Shown: positions 1 through 8,458 of the stretch, in pieces
Position numbering within the stretch: position 1 is the first letter of the stretch
Layout of the letters: the number at the start of each line of letters is the position of its first letter
Source: Desulfobacula sp.
Lineage (GTDB): Bacteria; Desulfobacterota; Desulfobacteria; Desulfobacterales; Desulfobacteraceae
NCBI RefSeq assembly: GCF_018645325.1
Contig: NZ_JABGOU010000019.1
Reading direction: 5' to 3' (one strand)
Length of the DNA: 64,000 nt
The notes under the pieces: generated by a model
Told to the model about the DNA's origin: nothing
What the model saw: only the letters and a program-made list of their open reading frames with translations
The model's database searches: none
Translations under genes and position numbers: made by a program

Positions 1-90
1 CTCATCCAAGGCAAATTGACCTGAACTAGTTGCTGTGCCGACAATTACAATCATTGTAAGGAATAACAGAACAAAATATTGTTTACATGC
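1..90 (+). repeat. Partial copy of dispersed intergenic repeat family A (cut by window start)
   Basis: ctcatccaaggcaaattgacctgaactagttgctgtgcc...aaaatattgtttacatgc is nearly identical to ~29496-29585 and related to the minus-strand copy at ~7673-7774. Confidence 0.9.
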
Positions 91-276
91 ATTGGCCCTG
101 ATTTCATTCTCAATTTTTGTTTCTTCTTTGTTAAATCTTTGTTGTTGTCAATTGTTGAATCTGTTATAAAATAATTATCTGTTTAATACCTGATAAAAGA
201 TACATAAAATTAAGAAATATTGCATTTTTTTTAATAGCTCAAGTGATGAGACTGACAAATTTAAGGAATAATTCAA

Positions 277-1704
277 ATGGATAAGGCCCGCCTGAAAAAA
301 ATAAAAAAGACCGTTCAGAAAATGGAAACCCTGGTTTTTGATCAACTGAGTCAAAAGCAGGAAAAGCAACTTTTTAAATTCAATGAAAACTATAAAAAAT
401 TTTTAAATAAATCCAAGACTGAAAGAAAGGCAGCCATACAAATTGTCAAAGCCTCCGAGGCTCAAGGTTTTGTAAATATTGATACATTGTTAACAAAAAA
501 ATCAAAAAATATTAATAAGGTTTATAAGGTTTTTCAAGGTCGTTGTGTAGCCCTGGCCATTTTAGGGAAAAAACCGCTTCTTTCAGGCGCCAACATAATC
601 GCTTCCCACATTGATTCACCCAGACTTGATTTAAAACAGGTTCCATTTTATGAAGACTTGAGTATGGGATTAATAAAAACTCATTATTATGGCGGTATTA
701 GAAAATACCATTGGCTTGCCATCCCTTTGGCGCTTCACGGAACAATTATAACATCCAATAATAAAAATATTGAAATTACCATTGGTGAAGACCCTGATGA
801 TCCGGTTTTCACAGTGACTGATCTTCTGCCGCATCTGGCTGGAAAAATCCAGGCAAACACAAAATTATCAGAAGCCTTTGAGGGTGAAAAATTAAATCTT
901 ATTGCCGGCAGCATACCTCTGGGTAATGATGAAGAAAAAAATCGATTTAAATTAGGTTTATTAAATCTTTTATATAAAAAATATGATTTTACTGAAGAAG
1001 ATTTCGTCAGTGCGGAAATTGAGGCAGTTCCTGCTGAGAAGGCAAGAGATATTGGCTTTGACAGATCAATGATCGGTTCTTATGGCCAGGATGACAGGGT
1101 GTGTGCCTATACGAGCCTCGAGGCTATTTTGAATACCCAACCTCCAGATAAAACCGCCATTGCTCTATTTTTTGACAAGGAAGAAATAGGCAGTGAAGGG
1201 AGCAGTGGTGCTAAATCGAATTTTCTTGAAGACTTTATGTCTGATCTGCTCTTTATCAGTGGGCAGGGCACTGACAATAGATCCCTTAGAAAATCCTTGA
1301 TCAACTCATCTTGTCTTTCAGCTGATGTAAATGCAGCTATGGACCCTGATTTTAAAGACGTTCATGAGACAATGAATGCGGCAAAATTAGGGTTTGGTAT
1401 CTGTATAACAAAATTTACCGGAACGGGCGGAAAATCCGGATCAAGTGATGCCAGTGCTGAATTTGTAGGTAAAATCAGACAGATATTCAATAAAAATAAA
1501 ATAGTATGGCAAACAGGGGAACTTGGAAAAATTGACCAGGGCGGGGGCGGTACTGTTGCTAAATTCCTTGCAAAATTTGGGATGAATGTTCTTGACTGCG
1601 GGCCTGCAATACTTTCAATGCATTCACCCTTTGAAGTATCAAGCAAGGCAGATGTTTATATGACCTATCTTGGATATAAAGCGTTTTATTCTGATAATGA
1701 TTGA
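277..1704 (+). CDS. apeA: M18 family aminopeptidase (ApeA type)
   Basis: Metal-binding motifs HIDSPRLDLK, QDDRVCAY, DKEEIGSEG, SADV, SMHSPFE; 475 aa. Confidence 0.85.
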   Translation: MDKARLKKIKKTVQKMETLVFDQLSQKQEKQLFKFNENYKKFLNKSKTERKAAIQIVKASEAQGFVNIDTLLTKKSKNINKVYKVFQGRCVALAILGKKPLLSGANIIASHIDSPRLDLKQVPFYEDLSMGLIKTHYYGGIRKYHWLAIPLALHGTIITSNNKNIEITIGEDPDDPVFTVTDLLPHLAGKIQANTKLSEAFEGEKLNLIAGSIPLGNDEEKNRFKLGLLNLLYKKYDFTEEDFVSAEIEAVPAEKARDIGFDRSMIGSYGQDDRVCAYTSLEAILNTQPPDKTAIALFFDKEEIGSEGSSGAKSNFLEDFMSDLLFISGQGTDNRSLRKSLINSSCLSADVNAAMDPDFKDVHETMNAAKLGFGICITKFTGTGGKSGSSDASAEFVGKIRQIFNKNKIVWQTGELGKIDQGGGGTVAKFLAKFGMNVLDCGPAILSMHSPFEVSSKADVYMTYLGYKAFYSDND

Positions 1705-1876
1705 TGACGTCGTAAAAAGTCTCCATCGACTGCGTTGCGGTGCCTGACCGGAAGTTCGACATACTGCATATGTATGCCTTCACTCCCGATCAGGCTCCAC
1801 GCCTTGTAGATGAAGATTTTTACTTAGCCATCGATTTGACTTTTTATGGTCGATTTGACTTTTTATGAGTGCATCA
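1702..1876. mobile_element. MITE-like palindromic element (TGATG..TCGTAAAAAGTC family), non-autonomous
   Basis: Imperfect terminal inverted repeats tgatgacgtcgtaaaaagtc / gactttttatgagtgcatca; internal hairpins; 18-bp tandem duplication at 1831-1848 and 1850-1867; no coding capacity. Confidence 0.75.
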
Positions 1877-3090
1877 TGATTAATATAAGAATAACTATCG
1901 TTTCTATTTTTCTTTTCACTATTTTTACTATCGGGTTATTTATAAACCCATGTATTTATGCAAAAGATTTGAACCCAGGCATTGTTCTGGCAGATGACCA
2001 TGGGAATATTCTTTATGCCCAAAACAGGGAAAAGCTGTTTGTACCCGCCTCAATTTTAAAAATCCTCACCAGCCTTGCCGCCATTAATATCCTTGGAGAA
2101 GATTATCGTTTTCCAACAGATTATTTTTTTGATAAACACTCCAAAAATCTTTATATCAAAGGATTTGGAGACCCTTTATTTATTTCAGAAGTTATTGATC
2201 AATTCTGTCGTGAAATTATTTTAAAAACAAAGGCCACACAAATTCATAATATCATTCTTGATCAAACTTATTTTTTTGAACTAATCAAAGTTCCGGGCAA
2301 AGGAATTTCTTTAAACCCCTATGATGCTCCTGTTGGGGCTTTATCTGCTAATTTCAATACAATTATGTTTAAATGGAGTTTGAACAAAAAAGGATTTGTC
2401 AGTGCCGAGGCACAGACACCTCTGCTTGATTTCTTTCATTCCAGCATTAAAAAAGCCGGGGTTAAAAAGGGGCGGATCATACTTACAAAACAGCAGAGCC
2501 TTTTTTATCCAGGGCTTTTGATCGAATATTTTTTTAAACAAAACAATATTAATATCACAGGTTCAGTATTACAGGGAAAGTTTGAAGTAAGCAAAGGGGA
2601 AAAATACTCTTTTCTTTCTCAGTTTGAAATAAAAGAAGTTGTGCAAAGACTTTTAGAATACTCCAGCAATTATATTGCCAATCAGCTTTTGTTAACCATT
2701 GGTGCAAAAAAATATGGAGCACCGGCCACAATTGAAAAAGGTATTAAAGCAATTAAGGATTTTTCAAAACAAAATTTAAAACTGGACGGGATTACTATTG
2801 TTGAAGGGTCTGGTCTTTCAAGGTTAAACCAGGTCTCTGCTGATGAGATGCTGAAAATTCTTATTGAATTTATGCCCTTCCATTCATTATTAAAAAACCA
2901 TGGAAATGATTTTTTTAAAACAGGAACTCTTCATGGAGTAAGAACCCGTGCAGGCTATATTTCAGGAAAGGATCAAAGGCTTTACCCCTATGTAATTATG
3001 GTGAATCAGAAAAATAAAGGGTATGAATCCATTCGAAAAGATCTAAACTACAGGGTTTCTCAAGTGGTTCAGCAGTCCATAGGTCAATGA
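1876..3090 (+). CDS. dacB: D-alanyl-D-alanine carboxypeptidase/endopeptidase (peptidase S13, PBP4)
   Basis: SxxK (ASILK), SxN (YSSNY), KTG (KTGTL), GFGDP, GSGLSR; N-terminal hydrophobic signal. Start moved from 1846 to ATG 1876 because the first 10 codons lie in the MITE. Confidence 0.88.
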   Translation: MINIRITIVSIFLFTIFTIGLFINPCIYAKDLNPGIVLADDHGNILYAQNREKLFVPASILKILTSLAAINILGEDYRFPTDYFFDKHSKNLYIKGFGDPLFISEVIDQFCREIILKTKATQIHNIILDQTYFFELIKVPGKGISLNPYDAPVGALSANFNTIMFKWSLNKKGFVSAEAQTPLLDFFHSSIKKAGVKKGRIILTKQQSLFYPGLLIEYFFKQNNINITGSVLQGKFEVSKGEKYSFLSQFEIKEVVQRLLEYSSNYIANQLLLTIGAKKYGAPATIEKGIKAIKDFSKQNLKLDGITIVEGSGLSRLNQVSADEMLKILIEFMPFHSLLKNHGNDFFKTGTLHGVRTRAGYISGKDQRLYPYVIMVNQKNKGYESIRKDLNYRVSQVVQQSIGQ

Positions 3091-4224
3091 TAAAAAAAGT
3101 AAAGTGCCCGTATTCAGTATCTGGGTATCAAACATCCCGCCTAAAAAAAGAACAATGCAAGCAGAAAAGACAAAATATCCAAGAGCTGTGTTCCTTAAGC
3201 GCCAGGAAGTCTTAAACATTTTCCAGAAAAGCCAGAAACAGGCTGCAATACCGAGAATTCCATAGCTTGCACCCATATAGAGAAAATTATTGTGGGGATG
3301 AGTCACCAGGTGTCCTCTTGCTTTTGTCGGTTCAGTAATACTTCCTGTACCAATGCCCATAAAGGGATGTGCCATAATAATCCTGACAGATTCACGAACC
3401 ATAAAAAACCGGGAAAGCTCAACAACGTATTCACCCTTTAGAATGTTTTCCTTTTGTTCATTTAACTTGACAAAGGTTCCCTTTACCTCTTCTTTGACAA
3501 TAGGAGATAGTAAAAGAAAACAGACAAGAATTACAGCAACTGCAATTTTAATTTTCCGGGAAAACTTGTACATCAAATTATTGGCAACAAAGGGAGAGAT
3601 AATTCCAAAGATCAGATAACCGGTTCTGCCCCTGAGCACTGCCAGGTGAAATAAAAATGCAAGGATCAGAAAAAGAAATACAAAGCGGCCATTCCAGGAT
3701 CCTGTGTTTTTAAAATAGAATGAAGCAGTAAGGATTCCCGTTATAAGGTACATGCACAAAAGGGTATGCACAATACCAAACCCAAGATACTCTTGTTGGA
3801 TCGGAGTCACAATTCCCATAACCTGTATCAGTGCAAGAAAGGCACCCATTAAGAGACCGGCCCAGAACCATTTCAAAAGTATAAACACCTTTTCTTCATC
3901 AAAAGCAAACCCTGCCGTTATGAATATCACAAGCCAATACTTTGTCTTTAGTGCATAATCCATTCCAAGGTCAGTATTTTGTGAGTACAAAAGCCCTATC
4001 CAGGGTAAGACTAAAAACGGTATCACAGGATAAAACCAGGGTTGCATGATGATTTTCTTAATATGGGCTATTTTTCCTGAAACCAGCCATATCAATGCGG
4101 CCAGTCCAATAGCAATCAAAGGGGGAGCAGTTCCAGTGGGTAAGGCAAAGAATGTTAAAACTATAAAATAAAAAATTAAATCGTTTGGTTTAATGGTCAA
4201 TAATCGCTGCTTTAAATTCTGCAT
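3043..4224 (-). CDS. O-antigen ligase (Wzy_C) family membrane protein
   Basis: Many TM segments; RGRTG, HPFMGIGTG and HPHNNFL motifs typical of WaaL-like proteins. Confidence 0.8.
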   Translation of the reverse strand: MQNLKQRLLTIKPNDLIFYFIVLTFFALPTGTAPPLIAIGLAALIWLVSGKIAHIKKIIMQPWFYPVIPFLVLPWIGLLYSQNTDLGMDYALKTKYWLVIFITAGFAFDEEKVFILLKWFWAGLLMGAFLALIQVMGIVTPIQQEYLGFGIVHTLLCMYLITGILTASFYFKNTGSWNGRFVFLFLILAFLFHLAVLRGRTGYLIFGIISPFVANNLMYKFSRKIKIAVAVILVCFLLLSPIVKEEVKGTFVKLNEQKENILKGEYVVELSRFFMVRESVRIIMAHPFMGIGTGSITEPTKARGHLVTHPHNNFLYMGASYGILGIAACFWLFWKMFKTSWRLRNTALGYFVFSACIVLFLGGMFDTQILNTGTLLFLSLTYGLLNHLRNPVV

Positions 4225-4235
4225 AAAAAATTCAA

Positions 4236-5015
4236 TTACGAAATCAAGGATTTTTCAATATAGGCATAGGCGCTGTGATTATGTATGGATTCAAAATTTT
4301 CAGCACTTACGGAAAACCAGGTGATATTTTCATCTGCCATTAATTCTTTTGCCACATCTCTTGCGATATCTTCCACAAATTTAGGATTTTCATAGGCTTT
4401 TTCAGTGACAAACTTTTCATCCTGTCTTTTTAAAACGGAAAAAATATCACAGGAAGCTGTGGCCTCAACAAGATTGACAATTTCTTCTATCCAGATAAAC
4501 TTGTCAAACCTTGTACTGACCAGCACTTCACCACGCTGATTATGGGCACCATATTCACTTATTTCTTTTGAACATGGACAAACAGATGTAATGGGAACCG
4601 CAACCTTTAAAACAATATCCGTATCTGATTTTCCATTGGACGACCCTATGATGGAGCAGGTATAGTCCATAAGCCCCTTGGAATTTGTCAAAGGAGATTG
4701 TTTTTCAATAAAATAGGGAAAGGTAATTTCAATATGAGATGATTTAGCCCCGAGAATTTTCTTCATATCTTCCAGGATATTGGTCAAAGACTCCAAAGAG
4801 ACCTTAGTTCTAAACAGGTGTAAAATTTCAACAAACCTGCTCATATGTGTGCCCTTGCAGTGGTGGGGCAGATCAACATACATGTTGATCTGGGCAACAG
4901 TTGATTGAAGTCCCGTGGTCTTATCCAGAACTTTAACAGGATATTTCAATCCTTTTATCCCGACTTTATCAATTGGAATCTTCCTAAAATCAGGTAGATT
5001 TTGAATGTCTTTCAT
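4236..5015 (-). CDS. folE2: GTP cyclohydrolase I type 2 (FolE2)
   Basis: MKDIQ..D.RKIPIDKVGI, KGTHMSRF, VCPCSKEIS, AHNQR, ENPKFVED, ESIHNHSA. Confidence 0.95.
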   Translation of the reverse strand: MKDIQNLPDFRKIPIDKVGIKGLKYPVKVLDKTTGLQSTVAQINMYVDLPHHCKGTHMSRFVEILHLFRTKVSLESLTNILEDMKKILGAKSSHIEITFPYFIEKQSPLTNSKGLMDYTCSIIGSSNGKSDTDIVLKVAVPITSVCPCSKEISEYGAHNQRGEVLVSTRFDKFIWIEEIVNLVEATASCDIFSVLKRQDEKFVTEKAYENPKFVEDIARDVAKELMADENITWFSVSAENFESIHNHSAYAYIEKSLIS

Positions 5016-5092
5016 TTTTTATGTCTATAAGATAATCAGTTGCAACACTACTCATTGCGCTGAATATATTACCTTTAATATTTTTATTATGT

Positions 5093-5302
5093 TTATTTAC
5101 CCTTGGGCTTTTCATCCTTTTTTTCAATAACCCTGCCTGCGGCGATCTCTCTTAAAACTGTAACAACGTCTTCATTGTTGGATGATTTAACTAAAAGGTC
5201 CGAGCCTTCTCTTACCTGTCTTACCCTTTTTGCCGCAAGGTGAACAAGGGTAAATCTATTGTCAACATTTTTCAAACAATCTTCAATGGTAACTCTTGCC
5301 AA
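5093..5302 (-). CDS. rpoZ: RNA polymerase omega subunit
   Basis: MARVTIEDCL..VDNRFTLVHLAAKRVRQ...LREIAAG; TTG start with GGAGG RBS. Confidence 0.95.
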   Translation of the reverse strand: MARVTIEDCLKNVDNRFTLVHLAAKRVRQVREGSDLLVKSSNNEDVVTVLREIAAGRVIEKKDEKPKGK

Positions 5303-5322
5303 AACTTGTACCTCCTCTATGT

Positions 5323-5790
5323 TTAGAGAATATCTATTATCTCATATATTCTTTTTCCGCCGGGAGCCTGCACTATTGCTTCATCTCCCGGCTTTTTACC
5401 TATCAATGCACTGCCTAAAGGAGAAGATACTGAAATTTTCCCCTTTTTTATATCAGCTTCGTCTGCACCTACAAGCATGTATTCAATTTTCTCTCCTGAA
5501 TCCAGATTTTCAACAAGGACCCGGCATGCAAACCTTACACAATCTTTTGGTACGGTTTCAGGATCAATAATTTTAGCAGTTCCAAGCTTATAGCCTATTT
5601 CGCCGATCCTGCCTTCTAAAAATGACTGCCTTTCCTTGGCAGCATGATATTCAGCATTTTCAGACAGATCGCCATGGGCCCTTGCCACTTCAATGGCCTT
5701 GATATTTTCAGGCCTCTCAATAGTTTTTAATCTTTCGAATTCTTTTTTTAAGGCTGCATAGCCTTGTTTTGTAATGGGTATTTGTTCCAA
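5323..5790 (-). CDS. greA: Transcription elongation factor GreA
   Basis: IPITKQGY, ARAHGDLSENAEYHAAKERQ, ISVSSPLGSALIGK. Start reassigned to TTG at 5790 to match the family N-terminus. Confidence 0.93.
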   Translation of the reverse strand: MEQIPITKQGYAALKKEFERLKTIERPENIKAIEVARAHGDLSENAEYHAAKERQSFLEGRIGEIGYKLGTAKIIDPETVPKDCVRFACRVLVENLDSGEKIEYMLVGADEADIKKGKISVSSPLGSALIGKKPGDEAIVQAPGGKRIYEIIDIL

Positions 5791-5821
5791 CTTACACCTG
5801 ACTTTATATGATTTATTTTTC

Positions 5822-6565
5822 CTAAAACCCTTTATCAACCCGGGCTGTTTTGTCTTTTTTTGAATATTTCTGAAAAACCAGTGCCAAGACAGGTCCTGAC
5901 ACAACATATGTCAAGGATACTGCAAACAGCAGTATGGAAGGTTCCGTGGCAATGGCAACAAGAACGAGAATGAGTCCTGCAAGCCTGTTAAATTTCATGC
6001 TTTTAAAAACAAACCCTTTTTTAAAACTTTTATATCTAAAAGAACTCACCATACAAAAAGAAAGTATGAACATCAGTACAAGAATAACCAGTTTAAAAGG
6101 CTCCGGGTTTATTTCCAGCCTGGAAAAAAACAATACCACGGAAACATTCATTGCAGCAGCTGCCGGGATGGGCAAGCCCTCAAAATCACTGCTGGATGAA
6201 GTACTGCTATTAAATCTGGCAAGTCTTAATGCCCCGCATATGATAAATAAAAACGCAGCTGACCAGCCCGGTCTGCCGGCAGATTCAAGTACCCATAAAA
6301 ACATTAAAACTGCAGGTGCAAGCCCAAAGCTAATCAGATCTGCTAATGAATCATATTCAACACCAAATTTACTGGTAGTATTGGTGGCTCTTGCAATTTT
6401 ACCGTCTAAAAGATCAAACACACCGCCAATTATTATTGCAATGGCAGCATCAACAAATCGCTGCTGGATAGATGCCGTAATTGCATAGTAACCGCAGAAC
6501 AAATTTATGGATGTCAATAAATTAGGAAGAATATAAATACTTTTTTTAACATTATTATTATGCAT
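5822..6565 (-). CDS. pssA: CDP-diacylglycerol--serine O-phosphatidyltransferase
   Basis: LPNLLT, CDP-alcohol motif DLLDGKIARATNTTSKFGVEYDSLAD, LRLARFN, FEGLPIPAAA; adjacent to psd. Confidence 0.93.
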   Translation of the reverse strand: MHNNNVKKSIYILPNLLTSINLFCGYYAITASIQQRFVDAAIAIIIGGVFDLLDGKIARATNTTSKFGVEYDSLADLISFGLAPAVLMFLWVLESAGRPGWSAAFLFIICGALRLARFNSSTSSSSDFEGLPIPAAAAMNVSVVLFFSRLEINPEPFKLVILVLMFILSFCMVSSFRYKSFKKGFVFKSMKFNRLAGLILVLVAIATEPSILLFAVSLTYVVSGPVLALVFQKYSKKDKTARVDKGF

Positions 6566-6582
6566 ATGTTTTTTACCCTTCC

Positions 6583-7245
6583 CTATTGCATATATCCGAT
6601 TATAGTAGACCCTGCCTTTGTTTTTTCGCCGATCTTAACAGCTATCTTAAAATCTTCTGGTAAATATAAATCAAGGCGGGAACCGAACTGAATCATACCA
6701 TACCGATCCCCTTTTTTTACTGTTTCTCCCTCTTTAACACAATTTACTATCCTTCTGGCTACAAGACCTGCTATCTGGACTACTGCAAAACTTTTATCAT
6801 CATCAGTTCTAATCATTAAGGCATTTCTCTCATTATGACTAGATGCTTTATCAAAGGATGCATTCATAAATTTTCCAGGATGATATTCAACCTTTTGAAC
6901 CTTCCCATTAAAGGGAATTCGATTCACATGAACATTGAACACATTCATAAAAATACTGACCTTGATGCACGGGCCTTTCAAATAGTCACATTGTCCCTGT
7001 TTTTCAAGAATAATAATCTTTCCGTCAGCAGGAGATATAAGACAGTTTTCCTCTTCAGGGGCGGCCCGGTCAGGATCTCGAAAAAACCAGCAGATAAATA
7101 ATGTAACGGCAAAAAAGATCCAGGCAGATAAAATCCACCCAAAATAAAAAAGCATCCCCGTAAAGAGGATGGTAATTAATATAAACTTCAGGCCTGGTTG
7201 CGCAATAGGTAAAATTGCGCGTACCGGCCACTTAGAACTATCCAT
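6583..7245 (-). CDS. psd: Phosphatidylserine decarboxylase proenzyme
   Basis: FFRDPDR, SPADG, SIFMNVFNVHVNR, QIAGLVARRI, cleavage motif FGSR. Confidence 0.93.
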   Translation of the reverse strand: MDSSKWPVRAILPIAQPGLKFILITILFTGMLFYFGWILSAWIFFAVTLFICWFFRDPDRAAPEEENCLISPADGKIIILEKQGQCDYLKGPCIKVSIFMNVFNVHVNRIPFNGKVQKVEYHPGKFMNASFDKASSHNERNALMIRTDDDKSFAVVQIAGLVARRIVNCVKEGETVKKGDRYGMIQFGSRLDLYLPEDFKIAVKIGEKTKAGSTIIGYMQ

Positions 7246-7286
7246 AATTTAATGTTCCGCAGCTGTAATCATTTTATAAGCCTGTC

Positions 7287-7316
7287 AATATAGCAAAATA
7301 TTCATTACAATGTCAA
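7287..7316 (-). promoter_or_regulatory. Putative sigma70 promoter of the psd-pssA-greA-rpoZ-folE2 unit
   Basis: Minus strand TTGACA-18 nt-TATATT, about 40 nt upstream of the psd ATG. Confidence 0.5.
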
Positions 7317-7342
7317 TATTCTTATTTTTCCATCTAATCAAC

Positions 7343-7782
7343 ACCCGTGCCGGTCTGCTCACCTTACAATTTCTGGTGCCTGAACGGGTAAAGCAATTCT
7401 CGGTGGCAAATAATTATCAACTCGAATTATGAAGAATTTTGTATGCTGTATTAAATATTGGTGGTCATTACCCGTTCCGGACTGCTTACCCTGCATTCGC
7501 TGGCTGGACAGTTTGACAAGATCTAATTTCACTTCTCTAAACAGCAAAAACTGCGGGCAGGTGTGTCCTCAAACAATTTGCTGTTCTTAACGTTCCGCTT
7601 CATTAAGACCTTGTAACAAACTGATCCAAATGCTCATTACAAGGTAAGCAGACCGGAACTGGAAGCTGTTTGTGTAATTGCTGGCACTGCAACTAGTTCA
7701 GGTCAATTTGACTTGGATAACCATTTTGGGACCTGTCAATTATTCCCATCCAGCGATGGAAAGTCAAACTGGCCTGACCCCA
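7343..7782. repeat. Composite of abutting miniature palindromic elements
   Basis: acccgtgccgg...cctgaacgggtaa (7343-7391); ttacccgttccggactgcttacc...ggtaagcagaccggaactggaa (7468-7664); family A on minus strand (7673-7774); REP half gcctgacccca (7772-7782). Confidence 0.75.
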
Positions 7783-8453
7783 TGCCTTAGTTGCGCATCC
7801 GACTTTCTAATATATGAAGGATTAAGAATATTTTTGGGGTTATCTAAAAAATTGTCGTTGGATGAAAGGGACAAAACCAATGCCGCTGCATTAACAGAAT
7901 CTAAAAAACTGTGGGCAATTAAAGATTGACCTGCAGTTTGTTCAATTATGTCTTTATAGACTTTTGATCCTGACCCTGCAAACAATGTGGGCCCCTTTGT
8001 CATTTTTACGGCTTGTTCAGGGCTGACAACTTTTTCCCGGCTTTTGAAAACAAGACAGCCATTATCAAATTGATAGGTTGCACAATAAACTTCGTTTCTT
8101 CTGGCATCCATCATGATGCATACGGGCATGGATGAATAAGCAAAACGAAAGGCTATACCGTCAAGACTTGAAACACCAATGCCTGGTTTTCCCATGGCAA
8201 ATGCCAGGCCTTTGATTACACTTATGCCGATACGAAGTCCGGTAAAGCTGCCCGGCCCTTTTGCAGCAATAAAGGCATCAATATCAGAAAGTTCCATGCC
8301 CGCTCTTTTTTCAAGCAAATGTTCAATCATTGTTAAAAGCCGTTTGGAATGGGTCTGCCTGATTTCCCAGAACTCTTCACAAACAGGAGCATCCCCGTTA
8401 ATAATCGCCAGGCTGCATCCTTGTTCAGCAGTGCTCAGACAAAGGAATTTCAC
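7764..8453 (-). CDS. tsaB: tRNA threonylcarbamoyladenosine biosynthesis protein TsaB
   Basis: HSKRLL, GPGSFTGLRIG, VSSLDGIA, MDARRNEVY, C-terminal PSYIR. Confidence 0.92.
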   Translation of the reverse strand: MKFLCLSTAEQGCSLAIINGDAPVCEEFWEIRQTHSKRLLTMIEHLLEKRAGMELSDIDAFIAAKGPGSFTGLRIGISVIKGLAFAMGKPGIGVSSLDGIAFRFAYSSMPVCIMMDARRNEVYCATYQFDNGCLVFKSREKVVSPEQAVKMTKGPTLFAGSGSKVYKDIIEQTAGQSLIAHSFLDSVNAAALVLSLSSNDNFLDNPKNILNPSYIRKSDAQLRHGVRPV

Positions 8454-8458
8454 TTTGT

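Noticed and set aside
1725-1810. GC-rich structured segment as SRP RNA or another housekeeping ncRNA
   Set aside because: It lacks the SRP domain IV consensus and is enclosed by MITE-like terminal repeats.
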